Positions 31,565 to 40,914 of a stretch of DNA of 64,000 nucleotides are shown one piece after another (positions within the stretch are counted from its first letter, which is position 1; each line of letters starts with the position of its first letter). This DNA is from an uncultured Acidobacteriota bacterium. Lineage in GTDB: Bacteria > Acidobacteriota > UBA6911. The translations under genes were made by a program, and so were the position numbers. Under the pieces are notes generated by a model that was given only the letters and a program-made list of their open reading frames with translations, had not been told where the DNA came from and did no database searches. The stretch spans positions 64,001 through 128,000 of the forward strand of contig CAWHCF010000008.1 in the NCBI GenBank assembly GCA_963827655.1. The letters run 5' to 3'.

Positions 31565-32157
31565 GCGTTTGCGTCTCCGGTTTAGTTCTGGCGGCAGGGA
31601 CGTCGAGTCGACTGGGGGCGCCGAAGCAGTTGCTGCCCTGGCGCGGCACGACTCTTTTGGAATGGGTTGTTCGACAAGCGGAGAATTCGCCTCTGGATGA
31701 GGTGATTGTCATCGTTGGCCATGAATCGGCGGCGGTGAGGCATAAGGTTGGCTTCGAACGCGCGCGCATTGTGGAAGCGCCGGATTTTCATGAAGGTTGT
31801 AGTGCCTCCATCCGAGCTGGCCTTGAGGAGGTCAGCCCGAATGCAGAAGCTGCAGTGTTAATCCTCGGAGATCAGCCCGGAATCCAGTCGGCCGCCTTAG
31901 CCGCCGTCATTGAAGGATGGCGCAATATCCAATCGCCGGTCGTTCGTATTTCGTATCGGGGCCAGCCGGGGCATCCCGTACTGTTAAGCAAAACGATTTT
32001 TGACGAGATCCGCGAGCTTCACGGAGACAAAGGGGTCTGGCGGCTGCTCGAAGCCCATCCGGAATGGGTGCGTGAGGTTGAGATGAATCTTCCCTCCCCG
32101 GCGGACATTAACCGGTGGGAGGATTACGCAAAGTTAGCCTCGACGACAGAACTCTAG
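31561..32157 (+). CDS. mocA: Molybdenum cofactor cytidylyltransferase (MocA-like)
   Basis: LAAGTSSRLG.PKQLL, LGDQP, GHPVL, GDKG. Confidence 0.85.
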   Translation: MSVCVSGLVLAAGTSSRLGAPKQLLPWRGTTLLEWVVRQAENSPLDEVIVIVGHESAAVRHKVGFERARIVEAPDFHEGCSASIRAGLEEVSPNAEAAVLILGDQPGIQSAALAAVIEGWRNIQSPVVRISYRGQPGHPVLLSKTIFDEIRELHGDKGVWRLLEAHPEWVREVEMNLPSPADINRWEDYAKLASTTEL

Positions 32158-32166
32158 TCATCATCC

Positions 32167-32748
32167 ATGCAAGTCAAGACCACGAAGACATTTCAGGTCG
32201 AGGCGCCAGTGGCGCAGGTGTGGGAATTCCTCAAGGATCCACGGAAAGTGGCCGCGTGTGTTCCCGGAGCTCAGATCACGGAGGCACTGGACGATCGCCG
32301 CTACGCCGGAACCATCACAGTGAAAGTAGGTCCGGTCGTGTCCGACTACAAAGGAGAACTGAGCATTGAACGTCTTGATGCGCAGAACTACGAGATCGAA
32401 CTGCTGGGCAAAGGCCGGGACGTCAAGGGGAAGGGGAGCGCTTCGATGAAAATGGCCGGAAAGCTTCGCGCGCTGCCCGGCGGCGGAACTGAAGTTACCG
32501 GCACTTCCGAAATCAGCATTATCGGTGTGCTGGCCCAGTTTGGCTCACGGATGGTGGAAGAAGTGTCCAGCCAAATGTTTGGAGAGTTCACGGCCGCTCT
32601 TCAGAAGAATCTGCAAAAAACAGGAAATCCGGCAACCGCATTACCGTCAACATCGCTCAGCGCTCTTCCTTTGCTCGCCACTGCCACAACAAGAATTATC
32701 CAAAAATTCTTTCGGAGACTCACGGGACGCAGAGTCGAGCCTCTATAG
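32167..32748 (+). CDS. coxG: CoxG (SRPBCC family)
   Basis: DPRKVAACVPGA, VKVGPV, LAQFGSRM. Confidence 0.88.
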   Translation: MQVKTTKTFQVEAPVAQVWEFLKDPRKVAACVPGAQITEALDDRRYAGTITVKVGPVVSDYKGELSIERLDAQNYEIELLGKGRDVKGKGSASMKMAGKLRALPGGGTEVTGTSEISIIGVLAQFGSRMVEEVSSQMFGEFTAALQKNLQKTGNPATALPSTSLSALPLLATATTRIIQKFFRRLTGRRVEPL

Positions 32749-32758
32749 TGGTTGAAGC

Positions 32759-33913
32759 ATGAACGAAATCGTCGAACATTTATCAAAGGCATCTCGAACT
32801 TCGGGCGGAGCTTGTCTGGCTACCGTGGTCGGGACGGAAGGCACAGCTCCACGGAAAGAGGGTTCGCAGATGCTGGTCGTTGGAGACCATACTCTTGAGG
32901 GAGCGGTGACTATCGGCGGATGCGCAGACTCCCAGGTCATCGAGGCGGCGCAAGAGGTAGCTCGTTCCGGTCGTCCTCAGTTGCTCAGAGTCGAGCTCGG
33001 TGAAGAAGATGCCCTCGAAATCGGACTGACCTGTGCTGGAGTTCTCCGCGTGTTTGTCGAGCCGGCGGAGGCGTTCCGGTCCGTGCTCACGGATATCGAG
33101 TCGCTCCTGAGTGCGCGAGCCACGTTCGCGCTGCTGACCGTAACTCAGTCCAGTCTTCCTTCGGTAGCGCTTGCTGATAAGTCCATCGTGACGGCGAAGG
33201 GGGATTTGCTGGGTTCTCTCGGTCGTGCTGATCTCGACCAGGCTCTCTTGAGCGTAACGAAGGACCTTCTGTCAAAAGGCATCTCCCGAACGGTGTGGCT
33301 GGATGCCAATTGCGCGGCGGTGGCAACGCCCGAGCGATCTTTCGTGGAGGTGTTCATCGATACGATCGGTGACGGTCCGGATCTCTATGTGTTTGGTGCG
33401 GGCCAGGTGGCGGTGCCGATAACGAAGCTCGCCAGCCAGGCCGGTTTCCGTGTCCATGTGGTCGATAGCAGGCCGATGTTCGCACATCCGGAACGTTTTC
33501 CAACCGCGACCGAAATTCTCGTTGGGATTCCTGGAGAGATCGCGCGGCAACGCGAGTTCACGGAATCGAGTTTCGCGATACTGGTGGCGCATGCCGCCAA
33601 ACATGACCTTCCGGTTCTCGAGGCTCTGCTCCACTCAGAGGTCCGGTACATCGGGATCCTGGGTGGCGCACGGCGCGCCGCCGCATTGAGCGCGAAACTC
33701 AAGAGTCTCGGTTTTACGGATCGCGACATCGGCAGGCTTCACATTCCTGTTGGGTTGGACATCGGCGCGGAGACCGCCGAGCAGATCGCCGTGGCCGTGG
33801 TCGCCGAGTTCATGATGGTTCGCAGCGGGAGGTCGGGCAAGAGCTTACGGCTGGTGAGAGGGTCTGCCGCGTCTTCGGAAAGCGTGATGCAAGGCCAGGG
33901 AGTGGACGTTTGA
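32759..33913 (+). CDS. Second XdhC/CoxI family protein
   Basis: IGGCAD, GLTCAG, FGAGQVA, PVGLDIGAETAEQIA. Confidence 0.9.
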   Translation: MNEIVEHLSKASRTSGGACLATVVGTEGTAPRKEGSQMLVVGDHTLEGAVTIGGCADSQVIEAAQEVARSGRPQLLRVELGEEDALEIGLTCAGVLRVFVEPAEAFRSVLTDIESLLSARATFALLTVTQSSLPSVALADKSIVTAKGDLLGSLGRADLDQALLSVTKDLLSKGISRTVWLDANCAAVATPERSFVEVFIDTIGDGPDLYVFGAGQVAVPITKLASQAGFRVHVVDSRPMFAHPERFPTATEILVGIPGEIARQREFTESSFAILVAHAAKHDLPVLEALLHSEVRYIGILGGARRAAALSAKLKSLGFTDRDIGRLHIPVGLDIGAETAEQIAVAVVAEFMMVRSGRSGKSLRLVRGSAASSESVMQGQGVDV

Positions 33914-34296
33914 GCGTCTATCCGTCGACTATTCTGGAGCACGCAAAGCATCCGAGAAAACTTGGAAGGATCGTCTCTCCCGATGTGTCGGTCGAGGAGG
34001 TCAATCCATTATGTGGAGACCGGATACGGGTCGAGCTTCGATTCGACGAAAACGGCATCGTCAAAGAAGTTGGATTCTCCGGTGAGATGTGTGCTATCGC
34101 CAAAGCTTCGGCCTCACTTCTCCTGATGTCGGTCGAAGGAATGACAAGAGCCGCCGTAGCGGCAATCCCTGACAGCCAGGTTTTGCGGAACCTGGATGAG
34201 CCAATTCGAAGCAACAGAATCAAGTGCGCTCTGTTGCCGGCCGCTGCCTTGAGAGGCGCCGTTCGGAGCCGGGATGGCTGCGGAAAAACCCCTTGA
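33910..34296 (+). CDS. SufU/IscU (NifU_N) family protein
   Basis: ILEHAKHPR, NPLCGD, GEMCAIAKASAS, RIKCA; start overlaps the upstream stop. Confidence 0.88.
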   Translation: MSVYPSTILEHAKHPRKLGRIVSPDVSVEEVNPLCGDRIRVELRFDENGIVKEVGFSGEMCAIAKASASLLLMSVEGMTRAAVAAIPDSQVLRNLDEPIRSNRIKCALLPAAALRGAVRSRDGCGKTP

Positions 34297-34330
34297 CCCG
34301 GTGTCGATTCACGCAGATTGTCCGATCTAA

Positions 34331-34563
34331 GGGCTCGCGCAGAAATAACTTCACATTCTGGCGCGAGAATCGGTGGTCAATCATGAACCGGTTTTCGTTC
34401 GCTAAGCAGGCTGAGGATCGCGCCCCTTCGGGCTGCGGCCCGCAGGCCCGCTGGCTTTGTTGCTCGCTCCTCACGTACCGCACCGGGTACGCATCGTCGC
34501 TCGCGCCTCGCCAGCGGGCCTGGGGGCCTGCAGCAGAATGCGAACCTATTTCTGCGCGAACCC
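34331..34563. mobile_element. 233-bp MITE, copy 1 (17-bp TIRs, TAA target duplication)
   Basis: GGGCTCGCGCAGAAATA...TATTTCTGCGCGAACCC flanked by TAA at 34328-30 and 34564-66; near-identical to 37344-37576. Confidence 0.92.
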
Positions 34564-34618
34564 TAAGTGTGGCGACCCCAAATACGAGTTCCGACATGCG
34601 ATGCTTCCTGATTCTCTC

Positions 34619-36175
34619 TCATAGACATCGCAAGAAGGCTACAAGGTCCTTTTTGTCCTCCCGCGTCAGCCTCAGTTGAAAGATCAGATTGAAAAACTCA
34701 ACTGTGTCTTCCAGTGTGAGCAGTCGTCCATCATGGAAATAAGGCGGCGAATCTTTGATCCCGCGCAGCGAAAACGTCTTGGCTTGCCCTTCCGCACGCC
34801 CTGGATAGAATTCTTCCACAAACAGATCATGCATCGTATTGTCCGTGTAATAGGGAGGCGCATGACACTGGTGGCAATTGGCCTTGCCAAAGAACAGCTT
34901 TTCTCCTCGGAGCTCTGACTCTGTTGCCCTGGTCGGATCTAACCGTGCGAATCGGTTCAGCTTCGGCGCTGGTGGGAACGCAATGATCGAGTTGAAATCG
35001 CCCATCCTGTTTGTCGATACTTTGTCAAGCTGCCGACCTCCAATTTGGGGCTGCAGTCCAATGTCGCCGTCAAAGTACTCTTCGACTTCGGCGAAATGAT
35101 CGGTCGAGCGTATCGAGCGCTTGAGACTGAAAATCTCGTAGATATGGTTGCCACGAAGACTTGGAGTGTCCAGTCGAACCCGTGCCAGAGTGGGCCTGGT
35201 GCTTGGATCCACTACAATGGCGCCGTTGCTGTGACCGTTGACGTGGCAGTCAAGGCAGGCCACTCCACGGATCGGCTCTCGTGTAAGACGGTGTTTAGTC
35301 TGGTTAAACCACGTTGTGGGGAATTTTGTCACCAGTAGCCGCAGCCCCTCCATTTGTTCAGGAGTGATGACCCCGTCGAACAGCTGGCGGAAGTTGGCCT
35401 GAGTGATTTCATGCCCGCGCGATACATCGCCCAGGTCAGGCCGCGTTGTAAGGAACAGCGGCGGCGGGAACTCAGGAAGATACTCATCTGGAAGGTCAAA
35501 TTCCACGTCGAACCTTTCGTGCTCCGGGTGCTGTTTGGTCCAGCTGTGCGGAAAGAGCATGTGCGCGGTCGAATGCAGCGGGTGAGCCAGGGGCCGAAAC
35601 CCTTCAGGAAAAAGGTCTCGTTGGTAGATTTCCCGAGACGACAGGTTCGCCAGCTCTTCCCAGCTGTTGATCGTCTGCGGCAACCGCGTCACCGGACCGA
35701 CAGGGATCGGCTTTCTTCGCGACATCGTCACTTCTCGATCAACCGTGCGGGTGAGGGTGTAGCGTCGCTCCAGGTATGTTTTCCATCGCGCCATCACTTT
35801 CGGCTTCTGTTCACTCAGTCTGCGACAGAACTCGTCGAAGTCCGCTACGTCATCGATTGAAGCGAAGGACGAGATGCCGACACCACCATAGCGATACAAA
35901 TCGACGGGCGTAATATCACCTACGCTAAGGACGGGGAAGGGCAACAGCGCTTTGCCTACCGGTTGATACTGTTGATAGGGCCGCTCCCAGTCTGAATCAT
36001 AAGCAGCTGCGGTATCGGGCATCAGTCGGTCATTAGAGATCTTCGACTTGCCGTTTGATTTGCTTTTCTCTTGCGCTGATATCTTTGCCGTTAGCCAGCC
36101 TCCCACCTGTATTAGACCTATAACACTGAACGCCATTAATACGGCCAGGTTCACAATCTTTGATGGTTGACTCAT
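34619..36175 (-). CDS. Exported di-heme c protein, cytochrome c peroxidase/MauG superfamily-like
   Basis: N-terminal hydrophobic segment; CLDCH and CHQCH; DTPSLRG, LRGIKDSPPYFHDGR. Confidence 0.8.
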   Translation of the reverse strand: MSQPSKIVNLAVLMAFSVIGLIQVGGWLTAKISAQEKSKSNGKSKISNDRLMPDTAAAYDSDWERPYQQYQPVGKALLPFPVLSVGDITPVDLYRYGGVGISSFASIDDVADFDEFCRRLSEQKPKVMARWKTYLERRYTLTRTVDREVTMSRRKPIPVGPVTRLPQTINSWEELANLSSREIYQRDLFPEGFRPLAHPLHSTAHMLFPHSWTKQHPEHERFDVEFDLPDEYLPEFPPPLFLTTRPDLGDVSRGHEITQANFRQLFDGVITPEQMEGLRLLVTKFPTTWFNQTKHRLTREPIRGVACLDCHVNGHSNGAIVVDPSTRPTLARVRLDTPSLRGNHIYEIFSLKRSIRSTDHFAEVEEYFDGDIGLQPQIGGRQLDKVSTNRMGDFNSIIAFPPAPKLNRFARLDPTRATESELRGEKLFFGKANCHQCHAPPYYTDNTMHDLFVEEFYPGRAEGQAKTFSLRGIKDSPPYFHDGRLLTLEDTVEFFNLIFQLRLTREDKKDLVAFLRCL

Positions 36176-36253
36176 ATTTTTCTCCGCGTAGTAGTCAAGC
36201 CGGAAAGGAACGGATTCCTTAGTACTGCTGTTCGCAATTACGGCAACGTATTC

Positions 36254-36425
36254 GGAGTGCGCGCTGGAATTTGGCGATTTCGCGGGCGCGGCAGCAAGCT
36301 GCCGCAAGACAAGGCGCAGCAAGCTTGCGCACTCCAAAGACGTGGCCTTGGAGTGCGGTAGCTTGCTACCGGCTTAGTTTGGCGAAGTTTGCTTCGCCGT
36401 GCGCGACCTCAGTTTGCACACCCAA
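36254..36425. repeat. REP-like palindrome cluster (GGAGTGCG/CGCACTCCAA type with CAAG-loop hairpins)
   Basis: gcggcagcaagctgccgc, gcgcagcaagcttgcgcactccaa, ttggagtgcggtagcttgctaccg, ggcgaagtttgcttcgcc. Confidence 0.7.
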
Positions 36426-36468
36426 AAAGCCACCAAGAATACGTTACCGCATTTATGAAACCGCGTAC

Positions 36469-36945
36469 TCAGTTTGTTTTGCCGATCGGGTCTCCGGCGG
36501 TGACACCGGAAGGAAAGGTCGCGCCGTCAACGACGCCCTGATACCGGACGACCTGGTCCGGACCTATCGAGAAAGAGAACCGTCCAAGGCCAGGCGCCCC
36601 CGGTGATGCGATAAAGCCGAAGGAAGTCGGAGGGTTGCCGTCTATCGTGGTCCCGAGAACATCACCGGGCGCATAGGTGTATCCATTGATCTGGCCGGTG
36701 GTACCGAAGCGGGAATCCAGATAGTTACCTTTCACCAGCGTGGCGATGTCGGCGTACTGCTGGTTGTTTGTGGATGCATATGCGATCTCGGCTGACGCGA
36801 TGGTCCGGCAGCCCTGAATCGCGCCGGCCTCATTCGCGGCCTGCTTGGAGGTCTGCAGGTTCGGAATGGCGATAGCGGCCACAATCGCGATGATCGCCAC
36901 GACAATCAAAAGCTCAACCAGCGAAAAGCCTTGATCATTCTTCAT
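36469..36945 (-). CDS. Type IV pilin
   Basis: MKNDQG|FSLVELLIVVAII prepilin motif; AGAGGAG RBS. Confidence 0.93.
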   Translation of the reverse strand: MKNDQGFSLVELLIVVAIIAIVAAIAIPNLQTSKQAANEAGAIQGCRTIASAEIAYASTNNQQYADIATLVKGNYLDSRFGTTGQINGYTYAPGDVLGTTIDGNPPTSFGFIASPGAPGLGRFSFSIGPDQVVRYQGVVDGATFPSGVTAGDPIGKTN

Positions 36946-37117
36946 TCTTTCTCCTCTACTTGGGTGCATGCATCGACTGGACGCAAGCGGCGTTGGGTTT
37001 TTGATCGCGGCCTCTGCATTTGGTTCCGTTGTCTCCTGTCTTGGTGCTTAGTCGACTGGTTCATAAATACGCTAACGTATTGGGCAGAGCCTGTACGAGT
37101 CGGCTCTGTTTTTGCCT

Positions 37118-37295
37118 AGGGCCGAAGGCCCGTTAGTGAGTAGCCCCGCCCGTCAGGGCGGGGTCTTCAAGACCCCACGGACACGAGGTCCGAAGGACCG
37201 GCACTCCGGCTGTGTCGCACCTTCGGCGCTCTTCTTAACGCCCGCCCAATCCCGGCCTTACGGCCGGGCCTACTCTCTGTCGGCCTTTCAGGCCT
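37118..37295. repeat. REPIN-like multi-hairpin element made of two inverted halves
   Basis: gggccgaaggccc, ccccgcccgtcagggcgggg, ggtccgaaggacc, then mirrored gcaccttcggcgc, cccggccttacggccggg, ggcctttcaggcc. Confidence 0.7.
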
Positions 37296-37343
37296 CAACT
37301 GCTTCAAAATACGTTAAAGCGTAATTGCGAACAGCAGCACTTA

Positions 37344-37576
37344 GGGCTCGCGCAAAAATAACTTCACATTCTGGCGCGAGAGTCGGTGGTCAATCATGAA
37401 CCGGTTTCTGTTCGCTAAGCACGCTGAGGATCGCGCCCCTTCGGGCTGCGGCCCGCAGGCCCGCTGGCTTTGTTGCTCGCTCCTCACGTACCGCACCGGG
37501 TACGCATCGTCGCTCGCGCCTCGCCAGCGGGCCTGGGGGCCTGCAGCAGAATGCGAACTTATTTCTGCGCGAACCC
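37344..37576. mobile_element. 233-bp MITE, copy 2 (TTA target duplication, at the pilC stop codon)
   Basis: Same TIRs and body as copy 1, flanked by TTA at 37341-43 and 37577-79. Confidence 0.92.
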
Positions 37577-38791
37577 TTAGTATCCGCCAGAGAGCACCTG
37601 GATGAATCTGAACAGCGGCAGATACATGGCAATTACGATTCCGCCAACGATCATGCCCAGTACCACCAGCAGGAAGGGTTCCACAATTGCCAGTAAATTC
37701 GCCGCCACGGTATCAACATCCTCCTCATAATAGTCCGCAACCTTCATGAGCATGGCATCGAGTTGGCCGGTCGACTCCCCCACCGCGACCATCTGGGTTA
37801 CCATAGCGGGAAAGAAATTTGACTCTCGCATCGGATCAGAGATGGTCTTGCCTTCCTCGATGCGCCGTCGGATTCTTTTTACCACGTCTTCCAGGATTGC
37901 GTTCCCGGCGGTTCTGGCCGTGATGTCCAGGCCTTCGAGAATTGGGACGCCGCTCGACAAAAGAGTCGCCAGTGTGCGAGTAAATCGCGCGACCGCGATC
38001 TTCCGGAATATCGATCCAATGACAGGGATCGCAAGCAGTAGGCCATCCGCTGCGCGCTTGCCGTTTTCGGTGCGGTAATAGCCCCTACAGCCGAGCCCGA
38101 CCAGAACAGAGGCCGCGGCGATCAAGAAGAAGTAACTCTCAATGAAACCGGAGGCGGCGATTACCATACGGGTCAGGAGCGGGAGTTCGACATGAAATCC
38201 CTCAAACAGCGTTCGGAAGACGGGAATGACCTTCCACAGGATGACGATAACGACCACAATGGCAATGAAGAGAATCACCGAGGGGTAAATGGCAGCCGAC
38301 TTGAGCGCGCTCTTCAGCTTCACGATTTTCTCGGTGAAGATAGCCAGGCGCTGCAGGATAGCATCGAGGATACCGCCGGCTTCACCGGCGGCAATCATGT
38401 TGGTGAACAACGAATTGAAGACATGCGGGTGGCGGGCCATCGCGTCAGCCAGGGTTGATCCCGCCTCGACGTCCGATCGCACCTGTTCCAGAGTATTCTT
38501 GAAGTTCGTGTCGGTATGCTGCTGGGCAATCGTCTTAAGGCATTGAACCAGAGGAAGTCCCGCATTCAGCATTACCGAGAACTGCCGCGCAAAGATGGCG
38601 AGCTCAGCCTGTGACAGCCGCCGGGTGAAAGCCGGACGAAATCCCTTGGTTCGCTTCTCGCGAATAGATATGGGCGCAACCTGCTCGCGCCGCAAAACAG
38701 CGGCCAGCGCCTGAGGGCTGCTGGACAATCGCTCTCCCGCAACACTCTCATTGGTTCGAACGTGTCGTCCGCGAAACACGTATTGTGGCAT
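37577..38791 (-). CDS. pilC: Type IV pilus platform protein PilC (T2SS F family)
   Basis: FARQFSVMLNAGLPL, AGEAGG, IYP, VGESTGQL, AMYLPLF. Confidence 0.95.
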   Translation of the reverse strand: MPQYVFRGRHVRTNESVAGERLSSSPQALAAVLRREQVAPISIREKRTKGFRPAFTRRLSQAELAIFARQFSVMLNAGLPLVQCLKTIAQQHTDTNFKNTLEQVRSDVEAGSTLADAMARHPHVFNSLFTNMIAAGEAGGILDAILQRLAIFTEKIVKLKSALKSAAIYPSVILFIAIVVVIVILWKVIPVFRTLFEGFHVELPLLTRMVIAASGFIESYFFLIAAASVLVGLGCRGYYRTENGKRAADGLLLAIPVIGSIFRKIAVARFTRTLATLLSSGVPILEGLDITARTAGNAILEDVVKRIRRRIEEGKTISDPMRESNFFPAMVTQMVAVGESTGQLDAMLMKVADYYEEDVDTVAANLLAIVEPFLLVVLGMIVGGIVIAMYLPLFRFIQVLSGGY

Positions 38792-38805
38792 GTTGTCTGA
38801 CTTGT

Positions 38806-39936
38806 TTACCGAGTAAAGCCAGGCGTGGGTTCAGGCACTGGCCGCGAGGGATTGTGTAGAAGGTGCATGCCTGCACCGTGTTGGATCAGCTCTTTCAACT
38901 CTTCTGGACTTGAAGATTGGCTCAGAGCGGCGTTCAGAGTTATCTGTTTCGTCCCGGCCAGGTGCGCCAAGGATTGATTGAACGTCAGCATTCCGTACTT
39001 CTGTTGGCCGGTCTGCATCATGCCGTAGATCTGGTGGATCTTGTTTTCCCGGATCAGGTTTCGAATCGCCGAGTTGGCGATCAGGATTTCCATCGCCATG
39101 CAGCGACCGGACCCAGTGGAGCGCGGGATCAGCGCCTGGCAAATGATCGCTTCCAGAACCATGCTGAGTTGAGTCCGGATATGGTTCTGTTGGGCGGCCG
39201 GAAACAGGTCAACGATTCGATTCATGGTCGAAGCTGCGGTGTTGGTGTGAAGAGTGGCCAGGGTAAGATGCCCGGTTTCGGCGATCCTCAAGGCAGATTC
39301 GACCGTCTCAGGGTCGCGCATTTCGCCGATCAAAACAACGTCAGGATCCTCCCGGAGGGCCACTCGGAGCGCCGCCGGGAAGGAGTGCGTGTCACAGCCT
39401 ACCTCGCGCTGGTTGATGATGCAGTTCTTGTGACTGTGCAGGAATTCGATGGGGTCTTCAATGGTCAGGATGTGCGCAGAGCGCTCCCGGTTAATCTTGT
39501 CGATCATGGCCGCAAGTGTCGTCGACTTTCCGCTGCCGGTTGGACCTGTTACAAGAATGAGACCGCGAGGTCTATCGCATAGCTTCTCGACTACCGGAGG
39601 AAGGCCGAGGGCCTCGAAGCTCTTGATCTCGAAGGGAACCGCTCGAAAGGCACACGCCACCGCGCCGCGCTGCCTGAAGACATCGGCCCGAAAGCGTGAC
39701 AGCTCTCTGACGCAAAATGCAAAATCCAGTTCCCGTTTTTCTTCGAAGGCTTGCTTCTGCGCATCTGTCATGACGCCGTACGCCAGGCTCTCTGTATCGG
39801 CTGCCGTCAGGGGAGTCGACCCGAGGGGCCGCAACTTGCCATCCACTCGGATTTGCGGCGGCGTGCCTATCGTCAGATGAAGATCCGAACCTCCGGAGTG
39901 GATTACTTCCTCCAGCATTTCGGCTAATGTCAGCAT
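38806..39936 (-). CDS. pilT: Pilus retraction ATPase PilT
   Basis: GPTGSGKST, LREDPD, AETGH, AIRNLIRE signature. Confidence 0.96.
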   Translation of the reverse strand: MLTLAEMLEEVIHSGGSDLHLTIGTPPQIRVDGKLRPLGSTPLTAADTESLAYGVMTDAQKQAFEEKRELDFAFCVRELSRFRADVFRQRGAVACAFRAVPFEIKSFEALGLPPVVEKLCDRPRGLILVTGPTGSGKSTTLAAMIDKINRERSAHILTIEDPIEFLHSHKNCIINQREVGCDTHSFPAALRVALREDPDVVLIGEMRDPETVESALRIAETGHLTLATLHTNTAASTMNRIVDLFPAAQQNHIRTQLSMVLEAIICQALIPRSTGSGRCMAMEILIANSAIRNLIRENKIHQIYGMMQTGQQKYGMLTFNQSLAHLAGTKQITLNAALSQSSSPEELKELIQHGAGMHLLHNPSRPVPEPTPGFTR

Positions 39937-40073
39937 CAACAACCTCGCGAGCGAAATTCCTCAGTCGTGGAAGTGCTCGTGTTCATCGATACGGTGACGT
40001 ATTTGCGACTGACTCTGCGGCAGCGCCGGGACCCGAAGATTGACATCGGCAGGAGCACAGATCGGCGTGCGGT

Positions 40074-40246
40074 GTGCCGTTGCAAGTGCGGCAGGCTTCG
40101 CCCCGGAACGTCTGTATCGGCCCGGCTTCTTCAGGTGAAAACCCGATGTCTATAAGTGTCTGAATCGGGGTTTTTATTTCAACTTTACACTCGCTGCGCA
40201 TTCTTTGGATCAATCGTTGGGACAGACGAAATAGACGGACGTGGCG
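40074..40246 (-). pseudogene. Diverged internal fragment of pilB (duplicate of ~48355-48526)
   Basis: Reads QRLIQRMRSECKVEIKTPIQTLIDIGFSPEEAGPIQTFRGEACRTCNGT versus pilB QRLIRRICNECKTEIKTPIQTLIDVGFSPEEAGPIQTFRGEGCRTCNGT. Confidence 0.88.
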
Positions 40247-40289
40247 CCCTGGCCTGCCGTCCAATCTCTCCCGTGGTGCGGGAGGCGGG

Positions 40290-40914
40290 CTGCGGCAGAA
40301 CTCCGCGAATCTTACGATTTCACTGGGTATGGCCGCTGAGAGGTATCCGAGTGACGCGATCACCGATGTCTGGGCGCGGTACGTGAAGAACAATCAGTCT
40401 CCCGACGGCCGCTGGAAGTGTATCACGCTGCGGCCTCCACTCGAGTCGAGCGACTTTGAAGTGACGGCGGCATCCATCCGATCGGTACGGACGTACGGCC
40501 CGAAGAGCCAGCGGGCAGAGTACGACAAGGCCGTGGAGCGCGCGGTTCGCTGGCTCGAAAGGGCGCAACCGGTAAGCACGGAGGATCATGCCTTCAAGGT
40601 CCTCGGCTTGATCTGGGGCGGGGGAAGCCAGGAGGCGATCCGCATGAGCGCTGGCTACCGATGCCTATGCGACCGGGCAGGCTCTTGTCGCGCTGCAGGA
40701 GTCTGGCATCATTCCGGTGAGTAGTTCGAATTATCAGAGAGGCATTCAGTATCTGTTGAACTCACAGCTCGAAGACGGCTCCTGGTACGTCAGGACGCGG
40801 GCACCGGCCTTCCAGCCTTACTTTGACAGCGACTTTCCGCACGGGCCCGATCAGTTCATTTCCGCCGCCGCGAGCAACTGGGCTTCGATGGCGCTGGCGA
40901 CTGTCGTGCGCTGA
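40290..40914 (+). pseudogene. Truncated prenyltransferase/squalene-cyclase-repeat protein (C-terminal part only)
   Basis: QSPDGRW, QLEDGSW repeats, DAYATGQAL, FPHGPDQFIS; no N-terminus, frame break near 40650. Confidence 0.7.

Noticed and set aside
34220-34679. ORFs 34224-34679, 34220-34597, 37396-37605 and 37390-37632 as a duplicated small protein
   Set aside because: Their shared peptide is simply translation through the MITE, with no recognisable domain.
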